NCBI RefSeq assembly: GCF_006345805.1
Contig: NC_042997.1
Coordinates: 52,266,001-52,330,000, forward strand
Reading direction: 5' to 3'
Source: Octopus sinensis
Lineage: Eukaryota
DNA length: 64,000 nt
The notes under the pieces are model-generated. The model did no database searches, was not told the DNA's origin, and saw only the letters and a program-made list of their open reading frames with translations. The position numbers and the translations under genes are program-made. Within the stretch, counting starts at the first letter, position 1, and each line of letters opens with the position of its first letter. Below, piece by piece: positions 25,249 to 37,663 of the stretch.

Positions 25249-27215
25249 TTAAAAAAACAATCTTGTACTGGCATTTCTAATACTGGACAACTTACAACTA
25301 AAACATCTAGGTTTTAATAACTAGACCTTAAACTTCACCATTCCCAATGGTTGCTCTATGGGATACAGTGGCTAAACACACAAAGCCCTTATCCAAAAGA
25401 TTTTGCTTTAACTGATTAGTAGAGACTCACTGAACAATAAACTAAGATGGCACTGATATACCATTTTATCTTTCTACATATTCTTGGTCAACAGTAACAA
25501 CTTCTGCTCTTCTCAACAAGCTCACTGCATATCACCTGTAAGCAGGCTAACCTGACATACCTGTCTCTTGTTTTGTTCTTACTGTGTTTCACTGTCATTC
25601 TACCTATAGCTATTCATTTAAAGTTTAATCATTAAGACTATCATCATCATCATCATCATTGTTTAACGTCCGTTTTCCATGTTAGCATGGGTTGGACGGT
25701 TCGACCGGAGGCTGCACCAGGCTCCAGTCTGATCTGGCAGTGTTTCTACAGCTGGATGCCCTTCCTAATGCCAATCACTCCGTGAGTATAGTGGGTGCTT
25801 TTTATGTGCCACCGGTACAGGGGCCAGAGGAGGCTGGCAAACGGCCATGATCAGTTGGTGCTTTTTCATATCACCGACATTGACGCCAGTCAGGCAGCGC
25901 TGGCATCTGCCACATTCAGACGGTGCTTTTTATGTGTCTTAGCTACAATTTTCATTTGATTTTTATTTTGCTGTTGGTGTTGACGTACTTGACTCAATAG
26001 GTCTCCTCAAGAACAGCGGGTCACTCTACGATCCAAGGTTAGCACAGCAGGCCATCCTGCAAGCCATGAACTCACTTCATTTGTCGGGTCTTCACAGTCA
26101 CAGCATATCTCAGAATCCCTAATTTGAAAAATAGGTAAGGGTTAGTGACAGGAAGGGTACTCAGCTGTAAAACAAGACCTCAATAATATATACTCGTGCT
26201 AGCATAGAAAAACAGATGTAAAACAAACATGAACATAATCTTTTTCAGATGTCAAACTTAAGACAGTAAAGAACTTGTAGGACATTGAGCAACCCAGGTG
26301 TTGGTTCATAGCAATAAGACTTTCTTATATGGATAAAAAAAACAGCATAAAGACCATTAGTCCAGTCAAATGAAAAATTGTTACATTAATGATGTTAGTG
26401 AAATAATTTTATTTGATCATAAGGAATGCACTAAAGACCCAACACTTCAACGAAATGTGAAATTGTTTGTATTTTTCTTAGTGGCTTTGGTGTGTATGTG
26501 AGTTATTTGTAATGGAAAATTAATGATAACCCTTTTTACTATAGGCACAAGGCCTAAAATTTGGGGGATGGGGACTAGTCAGTTACATCAACCATAGTGC
26601 TTGACTGATTTACATTTCTGCTTCTCCAGTAATCACTTCAGGAAATACAGTAAAAGTTATGCTTTGTTGATGAGATCAGAATAATACTGAAATATATCTA
26701 GAGTTGCCTCCCATACTTGCTGGGATAAAAATATTAATAATATTAGTCATTGATAAATATTTGTTCACTACATTGATAAATTTTTAGTATTTCTAATTAA
26801 CTTTTTAATTCCTAATGCAATGTGAGCACTAATTTACCCATTGTTTATGATATGGATGGCATCTCTGGACTTTATAAAAGCTATATTAATACGAGCATTA
26901 ACTCAAGGAATTCTTTTGTTAGATTAGTGTTATGTAATCTTGCCTCTTGGCAACCATTGCTTTGTTATCTCTTCGTGTTACTAGACATCAATGCTACTCT
27001 GCATGTCGTTTGATATTGTTGATAGACATGTTTTTGCAATTGCATCTAGTTTCACAGTGCTTTAATCAACATGTGTGATGTCCACATAAATACATGACAT
27101 AGAAAGCATTCCACTTGGTTCTGATCTTAATAGCAATTTTTTCTATCTTGGATTACATAAGGACAACAAAGAATAGTTGTACTTCAAGTAGAAGGAGAGT
27201 GAATTAAACAAAAAT

Positions 27216-27251
<36 letters not shown>

Positions 27252-29984
27252 CAATATAAATAAAAAGAAACTGCAAGAAATAAGAATTCCAGTTTATATT
27301 TTTCTTTCTTTCTTTCTCCTTACTCATTTTAATTTTCTTTGAAATTTCCACTTGGACGAGCTTATGAGATACTTGTAAATGCAACTTTGCAACGTGCGAT
27401 TTTGAATTGGGAAAAAAGTAATACAGTTACATTGTGTTGACTAAATAAAGCTATCAAGTACTATTGCTTTTTTCAACTGTGGTCAACTATTATCCAGCAG
27501 AACTATGATCAAAGCCATTCCAATCACAATGAACATGTCTTTTGTTGATTATATTGGATTACATTATCCGATGTATCCTTTTCCTTCCCAAGGCCATAGG
27601 GTGTGATTTTAGGGAGATTTGGCTATTATTTTCAGCAACTCAAGTAAGCACTTATTTGCTTACTTGTCAACCACTAGTGTTTAGTATTTTTTTGCTTTGT
27701 CACAGTGTAGTGATATTGATAGACTATAGGCCATTAATCCTTCGGCAGAGACTGTATTGCTGGTACCTATAACTTTTAACTTAGGCCACATTTGACTTCA
27801 GAAACATGAGGCACCACCTAGGTATCAATTTCAAATTTTGGCACAGGGCCAGCAAGTTCAGGGGAGGGTGTAAGTTGATTAGATCAACCGCAATATTCAA
27901 TGAGCACTCATTTTATTGACCCACCCTGAAAGGATGAAAGGCAGAGTTGACCCCCAACAAAATTTGAACTCAGAATGTAAAGACAGATGAAATGCTGCTA
28001 AGCATTTTTGCCTAACATGCCAACAATTCTGCCAGCTTGTCACCATGCACCAACTAAATATCATAAAGAAATCTAGTTTGATGATATATGTTATGTGCTA
28101 TATCTCTTGCTCTGATGTGGAGGTGTGTGGTTTAATAGTTAGGGTGTTGGACTCCTGATCATAAGATTCATCATCATCGTTTAACGTCTGTTTTCCATGA
28201 TGGTATTGGTTGGACAGTTTGACTGAGGTTTGGGAAGCCAGCGGCTGCACCAGGCTCCAATCTGATCTGGTAGTGATTCTACAGCTGGATGCCCTTCCTA
28301 ACGCCAACCACTCCCAGAGTGTAGTAGGTGCTTTTTACATGCCACTGGCACAGGAGTCAGTCAAGTGGGCCTGGCATTGATCTTGTTTGGATGGTGCTTT
28401 TTGCATGCCATTGGAACGAGAGCCAGTCACAGGGTACTGGCATTGGCCACATTCAGATGGTGCTCTTTTAGGTACCACTGGCACGGGAGCCAGTCAGGCA
28501 GACCTGGCATCAACCACGTTCACATGGTGCTTTTTACATGCCACCAGCACAGGAGCCAGTCAGGAGGCACTGGCTATGATATTGGTTTTATTTCACTCAA
28601 CTAGTCTTCTCAAGCATATCATATCACCCGACACATCAGGGATACTCTTAACTGTATGTTTGTGTATGTATGTGTGTGTGTGTGTGTCACTGTCTCTTTG
28701 CCTTGACATCATGAAATAGCTATGAGTGTCTTGATCATACAAGCAGTGTCCTTCCGTTCCTGTCTTCTGTGAAAACATACCTAGCCATGGGGAAATATTT
28801 CTTTGCTTGGAAACAGACAAAGGTTGGCAACTGGAAGGTTACCTGGACATAGAAATCTACCTTAACAAATCCCGTTTGACCCATGCAAGCATGAAAAACA
28901 TGGATGGTAAAATAATGACAATGGTGATGATGAGGATATACTTATATGAGACATGATAGCAAGAAAGGTGCAACCATGGCTATGTGGTGCGAAGTTTGCT
29001 TCCCAACCACATGGTTCTGGGTTCAGTCCCACTGCATGGCACTTTTAGGCCAACCAAAGTTTTGTGAGTGAATTTTAAAAATAGACACTGAAAGAAGCCT
29101 GTCTTGTGTGTGTTTGAGTGCTTTTATGCTTGTGTTTTGTTCCCTATCACTTTAGCAACCAGTGATGATTTGTTCACATCCTTGTAACTTACCAATTTGG
29201 CAAAATAGACTGATAAGATGAAGTACAAAGTTTTTAAAAATAAGTACTGAGGTCAATTTGTTCGACTAAAACCTTTCAGTGCAGTACCCCAGCATAGCTG
29301 TAATTCAGTAACTGAAACAAGTTAAAGATAAAAGATGGCTATTATTTGAATGGTTGTTTGCAGTCAAATTAAATATTTCTTATGAGTTGTGCTGGTGTGT
29401 CACATTAAAAGCACTGGTACCACATAAAAAGCACCCACTACACACTGTAAAGTGGTTGGCATTAGGAAGGGCATCCAGCCATAAAAACCATGCCAGAACT
29501 CTGATGGAGTCTGGTGCAGACTCAGGCCTTACCAGCTCCAGTCAAACTGTCCGACCCATGCCAGCATAGAAAATTGACATTAAATGATGATGATGAGCAT
29601 CTTAAACAAGTTTCTCAAAGACTCAGCATTACTCTATTGTAAACACGACTAGAATCATTGCAATAAAGCAACAATTAAACGCTACTACAACTAAGGTTAT
29701 AGTAACTGTGTAGAAGGAAAAACACCAAATTCACATTTTTGTTTTCAGTCCAGTTATAGTAGTTGTTAGTTTATTAGTTGAAAATGTACTTATTCACCTC
29801 ACAGAGATTAATTTACTAATGTCACTTATTAGGAAGTCAAATACCAAATAATAATGATAGTAATAATTATGTTGATGATTTCTAAGATAATCACAAGGCC
29901 ACGGATTTTGTGGGAGGGGTGCAGTTGATCTCAGGTTTTGAACTCTGAATGTAAAGGTGTCATAACTAAAAGCTGCAAGGCATT

Positions 29985-30195
29985 TTGTACTGCACTCTTC
30001 TTCTTCTTCTTCTTCTTCGTCTTCTTCTTCTTCTTCTTCTTCTTCTCTTCTTCTTCTTCTTCCTCTCCTCCTCCTCCTCCTCCTCATCATCATCATCATT
30101 ACTATTATCATTATTATTACTATTATCATCATTTATTATTATTGTTATCATCATCATTATCATCATCATCATCATAAATAATAATATTAATAATG
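29985..30195. repeat. Compound trinucleotide microsatellite (TTC)n(CTC)n(CAT)n(TAT)n
   Basis: Directly visible; produces spurious poly-E/R/S/H/D ORFs. Confidence 0.97.
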
Positions 30196-31084
30196 AGTTG
30201 TTAAATTCAGTAGCATAGAGTTGAGAAGCTAACTAGCAAATTTCCGTACATCAAAAAGATAGTGCTTCTAAGAGGTGCACACATTCTTAGGGGAGAGGAA
30301 GGGGGAACCATTAAATAAGGATGATAACTATAAAACTACTTTACCTTAGTTACAAAAGGGCATTTGTATTAGAGTACATGTGCCCTAGTAATAATGATGA
30401 TGATGATGGTAATGACCAAGACAACAATGGGGAAGCAAGTGGCAGGGGGTGACAGCAGCAGCATGATGACTTTTTAATTTGTCATCATTATATCAAAAAG
30501 GATGCTGCAAAGGAAAAAAATAATGCTAATATCAAATTTGAATATTAGCACTGAATAGCTTTATTGTTATCCTTATTTAATTGTTCCCCCTTCCCCTCAG
30601 AAGTTTGTGCACATCTTAGAAACACTGTCTTTTTGATGTACGGAAACTGTTGTTATGTATAAAATATCTAATTCATACTTTGTAAGATATTTATTTAAAA
30701 GGCGGCAAGGTGGCAGAATCGTTAGCACACCGGGCAAAATGCTTAGCAGCCTTTCAGTTGTCTTTATGTTCTCGGTTCAAATTCTGTCACAGTCAGCTTT
30801 ACTTTTCATCCTTTCAGGGTCTATAAAATAAGTACCGGTTGAATACTGGTACATTTCCTGAATAGCCATGTCGAAATTTGAAACCACTATTAAATTAAAA
30901 TGGTTGTTAACGTTAATAATAGTAATAATAATGGTTTCAAATTTTGGCTCAAGGCCAACAAGTTTGGGGTGCTCAACAGGTACTTATTTTATTGACCTCA
31001 AAAGGATGAAAGGCATAGTCGACCTCAGTGGAATTTGAACTCAGAAAGTAAAAATGGAAGAAAATGCTGCTAAGCATTTAATAA

Positions 31085-31894
31085 TCTCTATATATATATA
31101 GGCGCAGGAGTGGCTGTGTAGTAAGTAGCTTGCTTACCAACCACATGGTTCCGGGTTCAGTCCCACTGCGTGGCACCTTGGGTAAGTGTCTTCTACTATA
31201 GCCTCGGGCCAACCAAAGCCTTATGAGTGGATTTGGTAGACGGAAACTGAAAGAAGCCCGTCATATATATATATATGTGTGTGTGTGGGTGTATGTTTGT
31301 GTGTCTGTGTTTGTCCCCCTAGCATTGCTTGACAACCGATGCTGGTGTGTTTATGTCCCCATCACTTAGTGGTTCGGCAAAAGAGACCGATAGAATAAGT
31401 ACTGGGCTTACAAAGAATAAGTCCCGGGGTTGAGTTGCTTGACTAAAGGCAGTGCTCCAGCATGGCCGCAGTCAACTGACTGAAACAAGTAAAAGAGTAA
31501 AGAGTAAAAGTATATAAAGCTGAAATTGTCTGTGTATGGCAGGTTTGGTAGCCTCCAACTAACACTATCTCCTCCGAGATCCTGCGATGCAAGTTGACCA
31601 AAATTGAGAGTATGATAGAAGAAGGCTTTATCTTCCTTCCATAGAAGAAAAAATTCAAATCGGACCATGTTAAGACCAAAAATTATTTACATCAAAAAGA
31701 CGCTTTTTTTCTATGAAAATCCCTATTTATTACGATTTTTTTACTGCTGTGTCGCCATTTTTCGGTGTATTTCAACCAGAAAAATGTTCACTTAAAGAGA
31801 ATAACAAGCTACATAATGCAAAACTTTTACTTTTCAAAAATTCCAATTTTAAAGGGTTGAAACAAACCTGAGCAACACTGGGCGATACTGCTAG
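31085..31894 (+). mobile_element. Non-autonomous Helitron carrying a nested SINE
   Basis: A|TCTCTATATAT 5' end; 3' end aaacctgagcaacactgggcgatactgCTAG|T similar to that of 37151-37663. Confidence 0.7.
31101..31510 (+). mobile_element. tRNA-derived SINE family A, full length
   Basis: A/B-box-like head (tggctgtgtagtaag, ggttcagtcc), conserved core gcaccttgggtaagtgtcttctactatagcc..gaaactgaaagaagcccg and (agtaaaag)n tail; other copies at 39171-39566, 28975-29330, 33605-33975 (-), 61640-62000 (-), 51625-51870 and 53505-53665. Confidence 0.9.
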
Positions 31895-32344
31895 TAATAC
31901 AATATAAATAACAATCATACCTGTAAAAATAGTCGTTACTGTTTTAAAATTGTACTTGTCATGATTGTAAACCATAAGAGATAATGTTAACAACAGTAAT
32001 CAATGTTCAACCAGTGGCTGGACCGATTAACATTATAACAAGACTAACCAATACTTAATTGCAAATTACAACTTTGTACATAAGGATTTAGTTCCTTGCT
32101 GGCTGTCTACTTAATCTTGTTTGCTTAGTATATGTTTGCTGTACACATATCAAGTAATAGCTTTTATAGTCAGTTACTCATTGAACATTGAATCTGTTAT
32201 TTTTGAGTTGCATGAACTCATCAGAAATGGTGACTTCAAAACATTGAAAGTAGAAAATATCCTTATCCTTGTTAAAAGATCTCCTAATCTTCACTAGTGG
32301 TTATGAAAGTAGAAAGTCCTTTTTCCCTTAAACTTATATTCTTA

Positions 32345-32700
32345 TTTCTTTACTGCCCGTAAGGGGCTAGAGGGGACAAACAAGGACAGACAAACAGATT
32401 AAGTCGATTATATTGACCTCAGTGCGTAACTGTGGCTTTGCCTTTCATCCTTCCGAGGTCGATTAAATAAGTACCAGTAACGCACTGGGGTCGATATAAT
32501 CGACTTAATCCGTTGTCTATCCTTGTTTGTCCTCTCTGTGTTTAGCCCCCTGTGGGTAGTGAAGAAATAGGTATTTATTTAATCAACCCCAAAAGGATGA
32601 AAGGCGAAGTCGACCTCGACGGAATTTGAACTCAGAACATAAAGACAGACAAAATACTGCTCAGCATTTCGCCCGGTGTGCTAACGATTCTGCCAGCTCG
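32345..32700 (-). mobile_element. tRNA-derived SINE family B with an antisense truncated copy nested inside
   Basis: Core gactttgcctttcatcctttcggggtcgataaa(a/t)taagtaccag; other copies at 19686-19900, 30700-30880, 11240-11430, 27826-28045 (-), 37900-38070 (-), 40935-41150 (-) and 58430-58600 (-). Confidence 0.85.
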
Positions 32701-34094
32701 CCTACACTATAACACTGCATATTCTATCTGACAATGTGTGTGTAATTCTTATATGATTATATATCAGAGTTGCTCAGGTTGCATGAAGCACCACTAAACT
32801 GTCTTAAAGCACAGCTATCTTAAAGAAGGACACGTTGGGTAATGCAACCTGAGAGACAAAGATGAGATAGTCATGGTTGGAGTGCCTTTGGTCATAAGTT
32901 TGCTTGATCATTACTGACTTTGGGCTAAACAACAACTTGATACTTATAGGATACAACTTATTGTAAGCCACTGACTAGTTCTTCAGCTAAAGTAGAACAG
33001 AGATTTAGTCATGCAGAAGGTTATAAAGTGGGTGGGGCAGTAGTTAGGGCCATAAGAAATGAATGGAAGAAAGGAGGTAGGAGAGAACAATATGTAAAAG
33101 TTAGATGGGTAGAAAGTAGGTTTATTTGAGGAGTATAATATATTCAGAATTGCAAGTCAGTGTATCACACCATGGGAAATTGATGTATATTCTTTTCAAA
33201 AAGCATAATAGTAATAAAAATAATGATTTCTTTTGTCTGCGTTACAAAACCCTTTTGCTTCTTTTTTCAAAGAACAGCTACAGTTGTTTGAATGAATTCC
33301 TGTATATTACTAGTATTTATGTTAATGAACTCTGTAGAGCTAATGTTAAACTCCTTGTGAGTTTCATTTCTCAGCAGAAGCCATTTCAGTTGAGAAACGA
33401 AAATATAAACATCATAATGTCTCTTTTTTTGTCAGCCCTAAAAGATAGATTCTTGAGTTTAGTAAAACCATTTTACTGATTCCAAGTGAACAAAGAAACA
33501 ATGTGTAAAGCCAAGCCAAGAATTGCATGGCACCAACATTGTGTAAGGCCAAGCAAAGAATTGCTTGGCACCAACTTAAATAGTATAAAGCATCTGGTGA
33601 TATATCTTTTTGTCTTTTACTTGTTTCAGTCATTAGACTGTGGCCATGCTGGAGCACTGCCTTAAAGAATTTTTATTCAAATGAATCAACCCCAATACTT
33701 GGTTTTTACTTATGCTATCATTCTCTTTTGCCAAACCGCTAAGTTATGAGGATATAAAGACACCAACATTGGCTGTCAAGTGATGGTGGGGACAAACAAA
33801 CACAAAGGCACACACACACACATACATATGCATAAACAACAGGTTTCTTTCAGTTTCCGTCTATCAAGTCCACACACAAGGCTTTGGTCAGCCCAAGACT
33901 GTAATAAAAAACACTTGCCCAAGGTGCCATGCAGTGGGACTGAATCTGGAATCATGTGGTTGGGTAGCAACTGAAATTTACTCTAACTCCCCTGACTTTT
34001 TGTTAGTTAATTAGGCAAAGAGTTTGTTCTTTTAGACAGACAAGCAATTTTTGACAGAAAGAAGTTTAACCCTTTACAAATATATTTACAAATA

Positions 34095-34428
34095 TGAAGA
34101 CCCCCTTCAGTCATGAATGACTATGGAATTGCACCTAGAAAGTTACCCTCTGAAGCACAAGTCCGGGCAAAGTTGTTTAAAGAAGCCTAGCAGTCGCCCA
34201 TGCATACCAGCTTGTCCTCTCCATGACATTGGTGTCATCCAAGGGGAAAGTGAAGGCCAATACAACTTGACACCAGTAACATTGCAACTCATTTTTACAG
34301 CTGAGTGAACTAGAGCAATGTGAAATAAAGTGTCATGCGCAAGAACACAACACACAGCCAGGTCTGGGATTCGAACTCACAACCTCATGATTGTGAGCCT
34401 GATGCTCTAACCTCTGAGCCATGCACCA
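34095..34428 (-). mobile_element. tRNA-headed SINE family C
   Basis: Minus strand ggtgcatggctcagaggttagagc...gagttcgaatcccagacc head followed by a cactcagctgtaaaaatgagt core; partial copy near 42620-42760. Confidence 0.75.
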
Positions 34429-35278
34429 ATTATAATGTCTATTCATTCACATTGTTTTGAATTAATATGCATTGTCTTGTAGCTTCGAGATTTCAATGAT
34501 GTGAGCATATATTTTTGCAATGACATTGAAGGATAGATGTGAGAAACCAATATGGATGGTTTGGACATAATTCAGGTAGCATATTTAGGCTGGATATGGC
34601 CAGTTTAAAATGCTAAAGATTAAATCAGTTTTTATCATAGCTAATTCTGTATTGAAATGCTTTTAGTTTAAATCTAAAGAATTTCACCCATTTAAGTCAA
34701 ATAATTGAACTTTACTCAATCTGTTACTGGAGTAGGCTTTGTGCCTTGTAAAATGAAATATCATGAGTCAATATTACCACCACAGTAATCATAAAGTTTA
34801 GGAAATATGTGGCTGGTTGTTGTTTAGCTCCACATCAATTCTGATTGAGCATATCTACGATCTGGAAAACTATGAAATTTAACTTAACACATAAACACAT
34901 GAGAGGAATAATATCCTTTCCTTTATTAATTATATAAACAGCATAGCAAGAAAGTAAATTAGCAAGACAGAATTATATATAAAAGAACAAAACCTTCTCA
35001 GATAAAGTTTGGCCACATGTCTGGCTGATAATGTCAGTTTTTACTCAAATCTTCGATACAACTTTTAAAATCCTGGCTAATCACCACAAACTGGTAATTT
35101 GGGTGAGCTGAATGCCAGCTCTGTGTGGGCATTATTATATCTCTGCTGATATTGATCATAGATTCTCTATAATTTTGTGTCATAAACTATTGTCATTTTC
35201 GAAACTTGCAGCCAGAAGTAACTGTAAAACAGTGTGAAGATATTGGTCTTCTGTGTGTGTGTGTGTCTGTGTGTGTGT

Positions 35279-35355
<77 letters not shown>

Positions 35356-37150
35356 TACATATAGTGTTGTAGAAGACATAAAAAACTTTTGTTATGTATA
35401 AGATCCAGTTCATTCTTTGATATGCATTTATTTATTTTACATCTGCTTTCCTAGCTGGCATGGGTTGGACAGATTATCATGATGCAACCTAGTTTTTGTT
35501 CAGAATTATTGTTCCCCTTGATAGGTCAAAAAACCATGTCTTGTTTATAGGTACCATTTTCAGCTTGGTTTCTATAACTTGAGGCCCTTCTTAACACTAA
35601 TCATTTTACAGAATATACCAAGTGAATTTTATCAAGGCACCAATACTGGAGAGGTTGTCCAGTCCTGAGGAAAACTAAAGGCTTCTCTCAGCTCTACACT
35701 GTCTCTCTTCATTTACCAACTGCTTTGCAGAGTGTATTGGGCACATTTAATCATAGTACTAACATTAGAGATGTTGTGTTGTATCGCTCAAGACTAAAGA
35801 GTCCTCATTTTTGTACAATGTGTCTTTTGCTCAAGATAACATGACCAAGCATGGTGAATAGAAGAGAGAGAGAGAGAGAGAGAGAGTGAAAAAGGCAATA
35901 GTATAAGAGAAACTGAGGTATGAGAGGATGCTAGAGAAAAGAGTAATGAAAGATACAGCACTGGAGGGAACAATGGAAAAGACAATAAAGAGCAAGAGAA
36001 GGAAGTAATAATAATAATAATAATAATAATAATGTTGATGTGTGTGAGAGAGAGAGAGAGATGAATGTCGGGAGGGAGTGATGGCTAATAGTACAGAAAC
36101 GGATTGTTTGCTAGTAAGAGAGTGTGTCAGTGATAGGCATGTAGATGGACAATGGATATCAATAACAAGTGAGGTGGGAAGAGAGGGTGGTGGTTAGCAA
36201 TAGTGGGGGCTGGTGGAAGTGTATTGATTATGAACAGACTTAATGCAATTTCTCATTAACTGAGCATTGTGATAGTAGAGAGAGGGAGAGAGATAGGAAT
36301 GGTGGAAAAAGGTGTTTGAATATGGACAGATTGAAAGCTATCCTTCATTACATGGGCAGCACGGTCCAGTGAATAAGAGAAAGGTTGAGTGGAGAGGTAA
36401 ATGATAAAAACGATGAGAAGTTATTGATGAGACGAGGGGGAGCAGATGGAGACTCAACAGAAATGTAATGAGCAAATAACACAAATGAGTATATATTATA
36501 CATCTCATCACTACAAACATTTTAGCATTGATTTTGTTTATTTATTTGCATTTTTTGGACCTGCATTGTTTGGAGGGTTTACAGTTCAGCCATTTTCCAT
36601 CTGTGTCAAATCTTCATCATCTTGTTTATGATATGGAATATTTTCAGATCTGACCCTAATCATTTCATACTAAGTTCTACTAATACAATGTTTTGGTTTC
36701 TAAATTAGAATCTGTGCACGCATGTTACTGAGGCCCTGTTGTACCATTCTTTGTTTGAACTGAAACTATGATTCCAAACTCACAAAGAGAACGAATGCTT
36801 ATTTATTCTCACAGATCACTGGGAAGAATTTTCTGATATAAGGCTGGAAATAAACCCAGGTGGATGTATTTAAGCATTCAGTTGAATTTGACAAAGAACC
36901 TGACAGTTTATTAGGAACACAGGGGCATAAATATTTATTGGGGATTTCAGTTACATGCAACACTTTTCTTTAATATTCCGGTTTCTACATTAATAAATAC
37001 CTTCTTGAATTCCCTTTCTCTAACTTACACCTCATCATCTCAAATATACTGCAACCAAGTACAGTAAATTCTTCAGTTACATTTATTTCTTCATTCTGTT
37101 TCTTTAAGGTGTTTATTCAGATTCTTGTTCTTGCATCAGATGACCACATA

Positions 37151-37663
37151 TCTATATATATAAAACTGTAGTTGTGTGAGTGTCTGTCCCCTTCGATTTA
37201 GATTCCTAACTATTCCCACATTTTGCGGTGCAGTTTAACCAAATTCGGGTATCTTATAGTCGTGATTCATATCGAGCCCGTCTGGGTATTAGCGCGCGTC
37301 TACGATGAGTCTACGATTTTAAAAATAATTTAACATAATTTTTTATTCCATTTTAATGCATAATTTTTCGTGTGTCGATGGCGGCGGAGTTGGCGTCCAC
37401 GCTCACATCTGCACCTGTTTGCTTCTCCCCCTTCTTCCCTCCCTCATGAAGCTGTGGGGAAGGGAGTGTAAGGAAATCAACGTCGTAAAGCGTTGTCAAG
37501 GAGACCAGCGTTCTTTTAGAACAACGACTTCATGGCTTGAAGACACCAAAACAGAAATAGCTAAGAAAGCCCGAATTGGCATCTATAAGGGAAGTAACTC
37601 TCTAAAAATGCTTATATAGTTATTTCCCTTACAAACCCGAGCAATGCCGGGCGATACTGCTAG
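37151..37663 (+). mobile_element. Non-autonomous Helitron (513 bp)
   Basis: Inserted A|TC...CTAG|T; 5' tctatatatataaaa; subterminal hairpin cccgagcaatgccggg about 10 nt before CTAG; CpG-rich relative to flanks. Confidence 0.88.

Noticed and set aside
29794-30218. Poly-E/R/S/H/D ORFs of 69-112 aa
   Set aside because: Translations of a compound trinucleotide microsatellite.
33126-33479. 117-aa plus-strand ORF
   Set aside because: TTG start, AT-biased I/L/F/N/K composition, no motif and no splice context.
34360-34428. tRNA-like sequence on the minus strand
   Set aside because: Continues directly into a SINE core and tail and lacks a proper acceptor stem; it is a SINE head, not a tRNA gene.
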